Shown here: piece by piece, positions 11,622 through 24,806 of the stretch
Position numbering within the stretch: the first letter of the stretch is position 1
How the letters are laid out: every line of letters begins with the position of its first letter
Assembly (NCBI RefSeq): GCF_006345805.1
Contig: NC_043007.1
Coordinates: 38,130,001 to 38,194,000, forward strand
DNA length: 64,000 bases
DNA from: Octopus sinensis
Taxonomy: Eukaryota
Reading direction: 5' to 3'
Position numbers and translations under genes: made by a program
Notes under the pieces: generated by a model
What the model was told of the DNA's origin: nothing
Database searches by the model: none
The model's input: the letters and a program-made list of their open reading frames with translations, nothing else

Positions 11622-12713
11622 TAGTTCTGCTGGTTGCGAGTCCCTCAGAACATTTGTCAATATCATGGACAGAAAGACCAATTTTATGACACCCCCTTGC
11701 AGACTACATTGTTGACAAATGACAGGGATCTTCTCTTTGTAGCTGGTGACTTCAATGGATATGTTGGACAACATGCAGGGGGCTTCCATGGCGTACATGG
11801 AGGCTATGGTTTTGGTTCTCGCAATGAGGAGGGAACCAGGCTGCTGGAGATCTGCGAAGCAAATGATCTTACGGTTTGGAATACTAACTTCAAGAAACCT
11901 GCCAGTCACCTACCGATCTGGTAGACACACTAGCCAAATTGACTACATCCTTGCCAGAAAAAGGGAAAGATGGCTGCTTATAAATGCCAAAACCTTTCCA
12001 GGCGAAGAATGTACCCCACAACTTAGACTAGTAGTTAGCGACTTCAGGATCAGGGCTAAATGGATGACCAGAAGACAACCAGCATGAAGGAGAAGGGTCT
12101 GGAAGCTTAAAGATCCTGCGAATAGACAGAGATTTAGAGACATATTACTCAAAGCTTTTGACGAAATAGAGGGGGATATAGCATCACATAATGTGGAAGA
12201 CAACAGGAGGTTTCTATGGAACAACCTGCTGATAGCCACTGACCAGATCTGTGGATGGTGCAAAGTCTTTAGATATAAATAATTACAGAGGTATCAAGAT
12301 GTTGGATCAGGTAATGAAGGTCACAGAGAGGGTCATAGCTCAACTAATTAGGGAGAGAGTCAGTCTAGATGAGATACAGTTTGGGTTCATACCAGGGAAA
12401 AGCACCGCTGATGCAATATTTCTGGTAAGACAGCTGCAGGAGAAATACCTAGCCAAAGATAAACCTCTGTACTTGGCTTTCGTTGACATGGAAGAAAGCC
12501 TTTGACAGGGTCCCAATCCCTTATCTGGTGGTCAATGAAGAAACTAGGGATAGATTAATGGTTAGTGACAGCTGTGCAAGCTATGTACAGGGATACTGCC
12601 AGTAAATTGAGGGTTGGCAACGAGTACAGTGAAAAATTCCAGGTAGGGATAGGGGTACACCAAGGATCAGTCCTCAGCCCCCTCTTTTTCATCATAGTCC
12701 TCCAGGCAATAAG
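11622..12713 (+). mobile_element. RTE-clade LINE fragment (APE endonuclease + RT), frameshifted and internally deleted
   Basis: Motifs AGDFNGYVG...GGYGFGSRNEEG, QIDYIL, NYRGIK, QFGFIPGKSTADAIFLVRQLQEKY and GVHQGSVLSPLFF. Confidence 0.9.
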
Positions 12714-13518
12714 AGAGGATCCAAGGTCTGTACATCTTGCAACTGTCACCATCAAGGAAACCATTGATCATGTTCACTACAGAGTGATGGATGACAAGTG
12801 ATTGACTATAAATCAAATAGCCAACACTATTAGCATATCTGTGAGTGAGTTGAAACCATTCTGCACAATGAACTTAGCATGACAAAGGTTGCTGTTCGGT
12901 GGGTGCCACATCTGACACCAGATCATATCACAGATAGATCTGATATTGTTTGCAGCAAGTCCAGCTGGTTTCCTTGAATGTTTCCTAAGTTAGGGTGAGT
13001 GCTAGCTTCATCACCTTGAGCCAGAGGCAGAGAGACAATCCATGCAGTGGAAACACCCCTCCTCACTTGTTTTAAAAGAGGCCAAGGTTATTTCATCTGC
13101 AGGGAAGGTGACAGCCTCACATTTTTGGGATGGAAAATGCAATGTGTTTATTGATTATCTTCAAAAGGGCCATAATACCAATGGAGAATATTATGCCAGC
13201 TTGCTGAGGCAGTTACAAAAGGTTATCAAAACCAAATGTCCAGGAAAACTGACAAAAGGGGGTCATGTTTCACCAGGACATGCTCCAGTAAATAAGTCCT
13301 TCATTTCAATGACTATTGTGTGTGACTGTGGCTTTGATGATGTTTTTGACCGACAAGATGAAAGCTTCTTCACCAACAGGACCCAAGCACTGCAACACTG
13401 ATGAAAGAAGTGTGTGGACCACAAGGAGTGGGGTCTATGTTGAAAAAATAAACCTCATTTGGTCCCATTCCATGAAAGCATCTTGGTCAGCCTATGAACA
13501 TTTTAGCTGACCCTCATA
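12714..13518 (+). mobile_element. Mariner transposase relic with 3' TIR
   Basis: EDPRS...LTINQIA, 'cggtgggtgccac' (RWVP), SMQWKHPSS...AGKVTASHFWD...IDYLQKG...NGEYYASLL; ends ...gaccctcata. Confidence 0.85.
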
Positions 13519-14349
13519 CATACCATTACTTAAGAGAAATCACTAAAAAATTAAGAACAGACTTGGTTATTTACCCTGCTCTTCAAATTTTAACAATACC
13601 TCATCTGTTAGAAATAGAAGGCCTCCTTCAAATCACATGCTACTGCTTTGAATAGAGAAGGATAAAATACAAGGACAACGAGGTATGTTCCTGATGCACA
13701 AATAAGATGGGGTGGTCACAGCTACAATATCTTTCTTTTGTCATAATTAACCTGACCAGCCACTAAATACCCCCACCACCTTCACAAACGAACCACAAAA
13801 AATAACACCAGAGTAAAGGAGTTAAAAAAAGAAATCTCAGCTAAAACAGATAAAACCAGTTCTACAATCTTGATTACACTTTCCTTTTCCATTCTTTTTT
13901 CTTCTTTTTTTTTGACTATTTTCTCTCCATTACTTATTCATGCCAACAACTTGAGTTGGTGGTGGTGAGGTCAGCAGACTTCAATACTGTTAGAGCAATT
14001 TCTTATTGCTTCAACAGCTGGATGTCTGCCCTTTTTGTTCAGCTAACAAACCCAACCATGAAGTACAAGTGAAACCTGTTTGTCAGTCAGACAAGCCAGA
14101 CTAAGTATGGGTTAGATGGTTATGTACTTGGCCCAGTTAAATTGGGTTAAGCCCAGCTGATATATCTAATTATGGCACTAACTTCCAGTGAAGTGGTTAA
14201 AATGTCCTAAACATAACTAACACTTAATTTAACCATTCGGCATTCAGGTTGCTGTCAGATATAATACATACATAGTCACACTGATTTTAATTAATCATGC
14301 ATTATCTTGTATTCAAAAGATTTCAATGATGTGATTGTTGATTTTTTTA

Positions 14350-14904
14350 CCCATGCCGGTGGCACGTAGTGCCTCACAGAGGAAATGACGAAGACCAAGA
14401 CCTCTGAGATATACTGTGACTATGAAGACCCAACAAATGAAGTGAGTTCATGGCTCGCAGGACAGCCTGCTGTGCTAACCTTGGATGATGGAGTGACCTG
14501 CTGTTCTTGAGGAGACCTTGTGAGTCAAGTACATCAACACCAACATCAAAATGAAAATCAAATGGAAATTATAGTTAAGATACCCATGCCGGTGACAAGT
14601 TAAAAGCACCGTCCGAACGTGGCAGATGCCAGTACTGCCTGACTGGCATCCGTGTCGGTGACACGTAAAAGCACTAACCAATCATGGTCGTTTGCCAGCC
14701 TCCTCTGGCCCCTGTGCCGGTGGCACATAAAAAGCACCTACTACACTCATGGAGTGATTGGTGTTAGGAAGGGCATCCAGCTGTAGAAACACTGCCAGAT
14801 CAGACTGGAGCCTGGTGCAGCCTCCTGGCTTCCCAAACCCCGGTCAAACCATCCAACCCATACTAGCATGGAAAGCGGATGTTAAACAATGATGATGATG
14901 ATGA
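14350..14904 (+). mobile_element. RTE-type 3'-tail retroposon ending in (GAT)n; related copies at 29185-29470 (+), 32835-33128 (-) and 60632-60770 (-)
   Basis: Shared ttaggaagggcatccagctgtagaaac...catgctagcatggaaagcggatgttaaac(gat)n. Confidence 0.75.
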
Positions 14905-15460
14905 CATTGTAGGGTAGGTGTGATAAGCCAGATCTGACCAGTTTAAACATAAAACAAGTAGAATATATGAGCCAGATATGGCTAGTTTAATTGCTAAATG
15001 GTCAAATTTGTATGTCTCTCTGCTTGTCTGTTTTCCTATGTTATACATCTAGCTGTTCTTTCCTTTTTATTCTTTCAAATAGTTTCAGTCATAGGACTGC
15101 AGCCATACTGGAGCACCACCTACAATTTATCTTCTTTCAGTTTTGCTGTCTCTTTATCGTTGGATGTTGGTCTATGATTGAGTTTGTAGCAGCTGCTCTT
15201 CTCTGAGTGTAACTTTGAATGGTTAGTTGATCAAATTTATCCAATGTTTTTTTTTTAATGTTTCAGTAGAGGTTCCTTTTATATTTCTGATTTCTTTAGA
15301 TAGACAGTTGAACAATTGGACCTTTAAATCGATTAATCTATTCATCAATATATATTCACTGATGGGTGTCATGATTGATATTTTTCTCTCTGTCTATCTA
15401 TCAAAATCAATAATGATCTACATTGCTATGTACCTATGAATTTCTCTCTTTCTCTCTTTT

Positions 15461-15527
<67 letters not shown>

Positions 15528-16168
15528 GTATATATATATATGTAAGTAGATATGTGGCTGTGTGATTTAGGAGCTTCCTTCCCAACTATGTGGTTTTGAG
15601 TTCAGTCCCACAGTACAGCACCTCGGGCAACTGTCTTCTAATGTAGCCTTGGCCTGACCAAAGCCTTGATTTTAGTAAACAGAAACTGAAGGAATCCTGT
15701 TGTGCATATGTACATACATATGGATGTACGCATGCATGCACACACACACGTGTGTGTAGCCTTCTCTTCACATCACATAATGGTTACAAACAAGTAATAC
15801 CGTCACACAAGCAATATTGTCTTTTTTCAGTCTTCCATGAAAAACCTGTCTGGCATTAAGGAAATATGAGCTTGCTTGGAAACAGGTGAGAGTTAATGAT
15901 AAGAAGAGCATGCAACCCTAGAAAGTTTGTGTCAACAAATTCTGTCACGTCCATGAAAGCAAGCATGGCAAAGCAGATATTAAGTAATGATGATGATGAT
16001 GATGATGACCTGTGTGTGTGTACTCATGTGTGTTTTTTCGTGTGTGTACTTGTTTTGGTGTGCCCTCACATTGACACTGCTTGGGCACCAGTGTTACCTA
16101 TTTGTCTATGTTTCACATATACAACATGTTCAATAGCTTGGCAATTCTGTGCACGAAGACATAGAATA

Positions 16169-16571
16169 CTCTTTACTCTTTTACTTGTTTCAGTCATTTG
16201 ACTGCGGCCATGCTGGAGCACCACCTTTAGTCGAGCAAACTGACCCCAGGACTTATTCTTTGTAAGCCTAGTACTTATTCTATCGGTCTCTTTTGCCGAA
16301 CCACTAAGTTACGGGGACGTAAACACACCAGCATCAGTTGTCAAGCGATGTTGGGGGTACAAACACAGACACACAAACATATACACACACACATACATAT
16401 ATATTTACATATATACAACGGGCTTCTTTCAGTTTCCACCTACCAAATCCACTCACAAGGCTTTGGTCAGCCCAAAGCTATAGTAGAAGACACTTGCCCA
16501 AGGTGCCACACAGTGAGACTGAACCCGAAACCATGTGGTTTGTAAGCAAGCTACTTACCACACAGCCACTC
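16169..16571 (-). mobile_element. SINE family A, full length
   Basis: Reverse complement of the family A consensus. Confidence 0.88.
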
Positions 16572-16859
16572 AAAGAACTTTACTCATAAACAGTTAAGGG
16601 TCGGCATCAGGAAGGACAGTTACAATGCCAATAACAAAACAGTATGTACTGCTGATCTTTTTCAGCTGATTGACCAGATCATTATAGATTCAGCTATATA
16701 TACACATATATATATTTAAATAGCCAATCAAAGATTACTTGGCCATGACACAATATGAAACAGGTGAACTCACCTATTTGAGAGTGATGTATTTGTAGTG
16801 TTGTGTAGGTAAGTTAGTATTCAGTACAAAACGTAGTATGAAAAAAAAAGTGATCTTAC

Positions 16860-16909
16860 CTCATATTCTGTGTCTATAATAACCTTCAGAGTGTTTGTGT
16901 CCACTTTCA
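16860..16909 (-). CDS. GMF: GMF internal coding exon (50 bp)
   Basis: tttattttcag|TG AAA GTG...TAT GAG|gtaaga encodes (L)KVDTNTLKVIIDTEYE, homologous to GMF MKIDK...VVLDEE.E. Phases (1 in, 0 out) fit the neighbouring exons. Confidence 0.92.
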
Positions 16910-17381
16910 CTGAAAATAAACAAAATCCACCATTACAATCAACATCAGTATAAGACATGCAAACAAGGTAGCCTGTACATGGTTGCTTGATCTGCTAAAA
17001 ACAACAATGAAATCTCCTTTAAATTACATCCTAAAATACTAGAAAACAAGACTTGGATAATGTGGTTCTGAGATCCTTGCACATAGGCAAAAAATAGGAA
17101 GTTCATAGCTGGAATGTCTTTGGTCATAGGCTTGCTCAATCAGGATTGACCTGGGGTTAAACAGCAACATCATGATGAACTTCTATATAGTTGCTCAATT
17201 TATTAGAAAAGGAGCCAAATCTTACAGAAACCAAATCTTAACATCTTATAAATGGTAGATGACATAACCCTAGATATTACTGCCTCCATCATCACACTGG
17301 CATCATTGTCAACATTTTCATTACCATCAGTGGCGTCACCCATGCCACCAGCCTTATCAACAAAACCTCTGTCACACTGCT

Positions 17382-17717
17382 GTGACCCCCTTCAGTCATG
17401 ACTGACCATGAGATTGCACCTAGAAAGTTATCCTCCTCAGCACAAGTCCGGGCAAGGTTGTTTATGGAAGGCCAGCAGTCGCCCATGCATAACAGCCTCC
17501 CCCTCTCCATACCAATAATGTATCCAAGAGAAAGGCAAAGGCCGATAAAGCTTGGCACCAGTGATGTCACAACTCATTTCTACAGCTGAGTGAACTGGAG
17601 CAACGTGAAATAAAGTGTCTTGCTCAAGAACACAACACACAGCCCGGTCCGGGATTCAAACTCACAACCTCACTATCGTAAGCTCGGCACTCTAACCACT
17701 GAGCCATGCACCTTCAC
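17382..17717 (-). mobile_element. tRNA-derived SINE family E
   Basis: Minus-strand head gtgaaggtgcatggctcagtggttagag...gagtttgaatcccgg; shares its 5' body with family D. Confidence 0.8.
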
Positions 17718-18349
17718 AACTGTCACACTATAGATGTAAAATAACCTTTCTACAATAGATACAAAGCCTGGAATTTGGGGGAAGAAAGAAAGTTGATTAC
17801 ACTGACGCCCGGGGTGTGACTGGTACTTATTTCATAAATTCAAAAAGTATGTAAGGCAAAAATCAACCTTGAACTCAGAATATAAAGATATATAAAATGC
17901 TGTAAGTAAATACCGGAATATGAATTTTATTTGAAATAAACAGTTCCACCAAAAATGTTTTAAATGACTGACACAAATGTATAAATTCAGCTCACATACA
18001 TCAAATACACAGGTTGCATTGGTAGACACAGGGTCACTATGTCAGCAGATTCCAGAGATAATTTTATCTTAACATTTATACAGCTGAAATCAAATGCATC
18101 CACTCAAAATTTCATTATCCTCAACTGTGGAAAGCAGTTTCATGTATTAATCTATCTTTTGTTGAGGAAAGTCATGCTTGAAACTATTTTTTGTTGAGAT
18201 ACCTCAACTTTATTGAGGCAACATGACTCACAGAAAATACAAATTCTATCTTTTGACAGATTTTAACATCATTACAGGAATAATATGAAATTTAATTTCA
18301 GATTTTAAAAGGTTAACATTTCTGTACTGATTATTAAGATTAAAGATAT

Positions 18350-19240
18350 TTAGTCATTTTGACATTTTAAAAGCAGTGACCACAAGGTTATTATTGTTTA
18401 GAACTGAATCAGCAGTCATAGGTCAAACCTGATTAAACAACCTTATAGTCAAGGTTTAGGTATAATTTCTTATAGCATTTCTCACAGTGACTGAAAGATT
18501 TCACAAAACACTGCTCATTTTTCGCATTTCTAATGTCAACCCATAGACATTTCAAAAAGTGACCACTAGATTTTACTCTATACACAAGCCACAGTTATTA
18601 GCATTTAAAACAATGACAAGTAAAATTTCAAAATACTGGTCATTCTTAGCATTTCCACATTGACAAATTCATGATAAATCATGTAACATTTCAGAATTTT
18701 GTTTTCACAGAATCCTGGAGTTCCTCAGAGTTCACTTTGGAAACACTGCTCTGGCTTGATAAGTTGCTAGTTCAATGTTATTTTTACATTTTTATAACAA
18801 TTAGTTTGATTCCAGGACAATAGTCATATTGATATTTCTTCTGGTGAAGGACAAAAATTAACAATGGTTATTCTGATTTATTTTGATATAGTGACCACCA
18901 GATTTTAGGACATTTTCATTTGGTGTATCAATACAGATAACAGGAATGACAGACACTAGCCATGTTGACATTGGTTAAATGATTGCTAAGATTTTAGGAC
19001 AGTGGTCATTTTGATAAGTGTCCATTAGACTTCAAAATAGTGGTCATTAGCTATCAGAACTCTTAGAGATATTTCAGAACATTTGGACACTTCTATTACT
19101 GATCATCATGTGATTACTCTTTATTTTTGTAGAGTGACCACTTGAATTTAAAGCAATGGTCATTTAAACATTTTGGCCTCTGTAGATTGTTATCAGAATG
19201 TTGCTGGTCATTTAGATATTTCTGACTGCCTATGATCATT
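18350..19240. repeat. Ancient degenerate minisatellite with internal inverted motif
   Basis: Recurrent gtgaccac(t)agattt...gtggtcattttgacatttc variants across ~900 bp. Confidence 0.55.
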
Positions 19241-19479
19241 TTCAAATTTCTACCAACCAACTAAAAATGAACCAGAGAAAGAATCTCTACTTAATTACTC
19301 AATCTGCTAAAAACAATGACCAAATGTCACTCAAATTGCAACCTATTTTCTTAAGAAAGAAAGGATATGTTAGACAATGTAGTGCTAGATATATGCAAAG
19401 ATGGGGATAGGTATGGCTGGAATGCCTTTGATCATGGGTCTGTTTGTTTAAGGCTAACCTGGGGCTTAGCAACAACAAG

Positions 19480-19680
19480 AATTACCATATTTTTGTTGAA
19501 AATATACTGCATTTCTTTCAATCAATTTTGAAAATAATGAAGCATTTAGTAAAATAACTTTATTAAGCTGGTGTTTGGAACATAAATCAATAATAGAAGG
19601 TTTTTAACTTAGATCACCTGAAAACAGAAATTTGTCACAGAACAAGGTGATCTCAGGCACGTTGGTATCAAAAGTTGAGA
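19480..19680. mobile_element. Probable non-autonomous DNA transposon (piggyBac-like MITE) remnant
   Basis: Ends ttaccatatt... and ...ggtatcaaaag resemble a short TIR pair; termini are degraded. Confidence 0.3.
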
Positions 19681-20487
19681 ATGACAAACAGTCTGAAAAT
19701 TTTTTTAAACTGTCAAGGAAATATGATGCCTCTAGATAGTCACTCAACCTGCTAGAAGTAGTAATCAAATGACACACTACTGAGTGAAAAAAAGAAGAGG
19801 GCACACAGAACAAGATACTACTAGATACAAATAAAGCAAGGATATTTTATTTCCATATGTAACATCTTTGATCCTATATCAGTCTGCTTGTTCAGAACAT
19901 ACTTGATGTTAAATAATGAGAGCAAGAAAAGCCAGATCAGTGTTTCCAAAGTGAACTCTGAGGAACTCCAAGGTTCTGTGAAAACAAAATTCTGGAGTGT
20001 TGCATGATTTATCATGAATTTATCTTGTAAAACAACAAATGCTGTTTGCTATTTCAAAGTAACACATGAGAATATCATGATTTTCATGGGGATCACCAAC
20101 CACAAGGATGGTTAATTAATTAGATGTGGACTCATTAAAACAGAGTAAAATGTTCTTTACTATAGTTTATTAAAGACATAAGGAATGCAGAAACAATCTC
20201 ATATGTTATATATATATATATATATATTAGCATCTCAGCATTGCCTGGGTGTTATGACCAACAAGGACATTGTATTATTTGCTCCTGAATTATGGGCAGA
20301 GTCAGTACAGCTGATATATGGTTAATGGAATAATGGAAGTTATTGTTTGTTTAAAAGTGAAGGGTGCAGGTACAATTTGCATGAAAGTGCTTTCTATTCT
20401 TAAGAAGGATCAGAAACTATGTATTGTTTCATCATATAAAAGGTGGTTAATACAATTTTGTCCAGAAATCATGTTTTCAATATCTAA

Positions 20488-20997
20488 ATTTCCCCCTATC
20501 CCCACTGCAATTTCTTAATTTGTAATATTTTTTGAATTTTTTTGTTATCTACGTAGAAAAATAGAGAGATTACGAATCTGGGAAACATAAATACATTTTT
20601 TATACTTTAATTTTTCTTCAAGAAACACTTAAAGCCTCTTCCTCCACCTCACCCATCACCTACCAGCTTTCAAAAAGCTAAAATCTCCCAATCTTTCACT
20701 TTTGACTGATGTTTCCACATGCATAGAATTCTACTGAAATAGTAGACTTAAAAAATACCAGACCACCACCAGAAAATCCAACATGCTAGAAACAACAGGT
20801 AAACGATATTATTTCTGAAAAAACTTACCTATTTTCCAAAAGCTAAAAGTGAAAAATTGGGAGTGTGTAGATTTTTGAAAATGGTGAGGTGATGGGTAAA
20901 ATTCTTTAAAACTTCATACTCTGTTTTTTTCTCCATGTATTACCAATAAAAATTCGAAAAAAGTAAAAAATGAATTTGGTGTGAAGAGGGAGAACAC
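20488..20997. mobile_element. Degraded foldback MITE
   Basis: Inner arms 20651-20703 and 20845-20897 are diverged reverse complements; outer arms ~20529-20570 and ~20919-20962 also pair. Confidence 0.6.
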
Positions 20998-22570
20998 TAA
21001 AATATTGCAAGTGTTGCAATATTTTAGTGTAATTTTGGTTCAAATTGAAAGTGTGAAACTATTTTCATTTTCTAATGAAACCTAGTCGTTGTAGAGAAGT
21101 GTATTTGAAATAACTATAGCTGGTTGTTGAGATAACCTAGAAAATATGTAAAATAAAGTTTATTTGACATGTGTAATTGATTTTATTGTTCTGGTCGTAA
21201 CATCAGTTGGTAAGAATAGAAGTCATTTGACAACAACTTTTTATTTGTAATTGGCTATCCTGTTGCAGGTTCAATCCATGGAATATTGAAATGATACTCA
21301 TTTTGTCCATTCCACAGAATAAGAGTATACCAGAGAGCATCATAAGAGGGATGAGTCTGTGAAACATGCTTAAGGTTGTTATTTCAAACACAAATGAGAA
21401 TATCATGATTTTCATGGGGATCACCAACCACAAGGATGGTTAATTAATTAGATGTGGACTCATTAAAACAGAGTAAAATGTTCTTTACTACAGTTTATTA
21501 AAGACATAAGGAATGCAGAAACAATCTCATAGAATTGATAATATTGAAAACAGCAAAATATGCACATACGAAGTTCAAGTGTTGTTGTAACATTAATTTA
21601 AAATATTTGCTGAAAGATGTATGTAGCAAGATAAAAATTAATTTGACATTACTACATATTTTTTAACTGTGTAATGTTATAGGCTGAAAAATAAATACTA
21701 ATGCAATAAAAAGGTTGTGCGATGTTGATACTCACAGTGATGACGAATACAAGGACTATTAAAAAAACATTTTCTTGAAACTGGTTAGAAGGAGTGGAAT
21801 ATAACATTTCTGTGATTATAATGAAAGAGCTGCTGAGGCTTTCTACATCGCCAAGTTTCTGAGTTTGTTATAATAATCAGAATAACATTTTTTCAGATAT
21901 ATTTGTGAGTATTGTGAGTGGAGTTATATCAGCCAAATATTCATGTTGGTAGTTCTTCAAAGTGAACGCTGTTGTTCATTTGAAGTCCAGGCTGCAACTA
22001 AACTTTCGATATTGGCATGTTTTATTGTTGGTGGGACAAAGTTACATACATAAACTAACACACACACACACACACATTAACACACACCTGAAGCCTATCT
22101 CTGTTGCTGTGTGTGTCGGTCATCACAAAAATGTATGTATAGTGACAGACACATACACCGTCACACACATATACTTGTCAGTCATCGGTCTAACGTAGGT
22201 AACGAATGCGCGAACACACTCATATTGAAAATGTGACATCATTGTCATTGTGGTGGTGATAAATATGTCGTTTACAATAGGTGACTAAAAGAAAAATGAC
22301 AAAGTTAAATTATAAATTTTTGTAATGCAAATATGTGCATGAAAATATAGTTTAGTTGGTAGCCTACTGAATCTTTTGATACTCCATACGTCAAAATCAG
22401 CAACTCGGTTTTGGAATCATAAGGAACATATGCACACACACACACACACACATTCTCTTTTATATAAGATATATACATACACACACACACTCACACATAT
22501 GCACACAATACACACATACATATATGTGTGAGTGTGTGTATGTGTATATACATACATATATATATATATA

Positions 22571-22862
22571 TGACCAGGCTATCAGATGTTGTTACACATC
22601 GCTGGTTACAATGTGCTTCGCATTGTTTTAGCCTTCGAATGACGCCACCCCGCTGGCTAAGTGAGCAGGCCAACAGAAGAAAGAGTGAGAGAAAGTTGTG
22701 GCAAAAGAGTACAGCAGGGATCGCCACCACTCCCTGCTGGAGCCTTGTGGAGCTTTTAGGTGTTTACGCTCTATAAGCACTCACAACGCCCAGTCTGGGA
22801 ATCGAAACAGCGATCCTACAACCGCTAGTCCACTGCCCTAACCACTGGGCCATTGCGCCTCC
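22571..22862 (-). mobile_element. tRNA-derived SINE family C
   Basis: Head ggaggcgcaatggcccagtggttaggg...gtttcgattccc; homologous to 61963-62251. Confidence 0.85.
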
Positions 22863-22899
22863 ACACATACATATATATATATATACACACATAAATATA

Positions 22900-23188
22900 G
22901 TGAAGGTGCATAGCTTAGTGGCTAGGGTGTTTGGCTCGCAGTCATAAGGTTGTGAGTTCAATTCCTGATACCACGTTGTATCCTTGGGCAAGAGGCTTTA
23001 TTTCACGTTGCTCCAGTTCACTCAGCTTGCAAAACTGAGTAGTACCTATAATTCAAAGGACCAGCCCAGAGAACTATGTTAAAGGTATGTGTGTCTGTGG
23101 CGTGCTCAGCCACTTGCACATTAAATTTATGAGCAAGCAGTTCCATTGATCAGATCAACTAGAACCCTCATCATTGTAACCAATAGAG
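22900..23188 (+). mobile_element. tRNA-derived SINE family D
   Basis: gtgaaggtgcatagcttagtgg...gagttcaattcc head; homologous to 47930-48360. Confidence 0.8.
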
Positions 23189-23269
23189 ATATATATACAA
23201 ACATACATACATACATACATACATACATACATACATACATACATACATACATACATACACACATACATA

Positions 23270-23570
23270 TATATGATGGACTCTCCTGTCAAAGATGATG
23301 TATGAGTGTCTAGCTTTTTGCTGAATGACCTGTGCAAATGATTGGTTTATTGTGATCAGATGTATGTGTTGTACATTAGCTCACTCCATCCCACAAATCA
23401 CATTGCCTGAACAGGTACACGGTGTACCACGCGTCAGGTGTTGAAATGATTGCAGAGCAATGCGAGATGAAGTGTTTTGCTCAAGAACACAATGCACCAC
23501 CCGGTGTAGGAATTGAAACCACGATCTCATGATCACGAGTGCAACACTCTAACCACTAAGGTATGCGGCT
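23270..23570 (-). mobile_element. tRNA-derived SINE with RTE-like 3' tail
   Basis: tRNA-like head on the minus strand; tail matches the LINE 3' end at 62265-62301. Confidence 0.7.
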
Positions 23571-23700
23571 TAAAACCTAATTTTTGTTTGATTTAATATC
23601 TTACTAAAATTAAGGATGTCCATAAAATAAAAATATATAATTGCAATTTGAAGGAAATTATAAAAAACAAAAAAGAACTCTTGTGACAAAATAACTTTAA

Positions 23701-24097
23701 GGCGCAGGAGTGGCTATGTGGTAAGTAGCTTGCTTACCAACCACATGGTTCCGGGTTCAGTCCCACTGCATGGCACCTTGGGCAAGTGTCTTCTACTATA
23801 GCTTCGGGCCGACCAAAGCCTTGTGAGTGGATTTGGTAGATGGAAACTGTAAGAAGCCCGTCGTATATATGTATGTATGTGTGTGTGTGTGTGTGTCTGT
23901 GTTTGTCCCCACAACATCGCTTGACAACCGATGCTGGTGTGTTAACGTCCCTGTAACTCAGCAGTTCAGCAAAAGAGACCAACAGAATAATTACTAGGCT
24001 TACAAAGAATAAGTCCCGGGGTCGATTTTACTTGACTAAAAGGCGGTGCTCCAGCATGGCCGCAGTCAAATGACTGAAACAAGTAAAAGAGTAAAAG
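23701..24097 (+). mobile_element. SINE family A, full length
   Basis: ggcgcaggagtggct...gactgaaacaagtaaaagag. Confidence 0.9.
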
Positions 24098-24498
24098 AAA
24101 GAGACACCACTGAATCAGAGTCAATGAAGGGCAACAGTTCACTTTGACATTCAAAGTACAACTGAGTCGAAGGCTGTATAAGAAGCTAGTTTGTGGTGAC
24201 ATTATTCCCCTCACACTTCGGCTCTTTTGATGTTGTAAGAAAGTGAAGCAAAGTGAAGCAACGCAAACGGAGATCTGTCCCACTTAAAAAGATGTTCGTT
24301 TCCCAACAGCAACAGAGCCGAGCAAGTCGGTAGTCATAGCAACATGTAAGTGATGCGTATAAATGCATTCCAATCAATAAGAATTGAAAGTGTGCATGTG
24401 TGGGGGTGTGGTGGGTGTTTGGGTGGGGAGTTGAACGATATTACAATATAGAAATATAAACAATAACAACAATGCAACAGCAATGACAATAGTAGTGC

Positions 24499-24531
<33 letters not shown>

Positions 24532-24583
24532 TTCTTATGTAGGCATAAAAACAAAAATGTTTTCTTGAAACAAAAATACAACT

Positions 24584-24672
24584 GATGATGTTGATGATAG
24601 ATAATGGTGATGGCAGTGATGATGGTGGTGGTGGTGCTGCTGCTGATGATGATGACAAAAATGATGATGTGA

Positions 24673-24706
<34 letters not shown>

Positions 24707-24806
24707 GGTGGTGGTGGTGGTAGTGGTGGTGGTGGTGGAGATGATGATGATGATGGTGGTGGTGGTGGTGGTGGTGGTGGTTATGATGATGATGATGATG
24801 ATGATG
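24584..24806. repeat. (GAT)n/(GGT)n compound microsatellite
   Basis: Direct inspection. Confidence 0.92.

Noticed and set aside
18350-19240. Repeat-spacer appearance reminiscent of a CRISPR array
   Set aside because: Units are highly degenerate and irregular, the context is a eukaryotic intron, and there are no cas genes.
21000-22060. Coding-looking AT-rich stretch, possibly a decayed DNA transposon
   Set aside because: No recognisable motifs in any frame by eye; needs a translated search.
23734-23982. Recurrent ORF 'YDGLLSVSVYQIHSQGFGRPEAIVEDTCPRCHAVGLNPEPCGW' at many loci
   Set aside because: Antisense translation of the SINE family A head, not a gene family.
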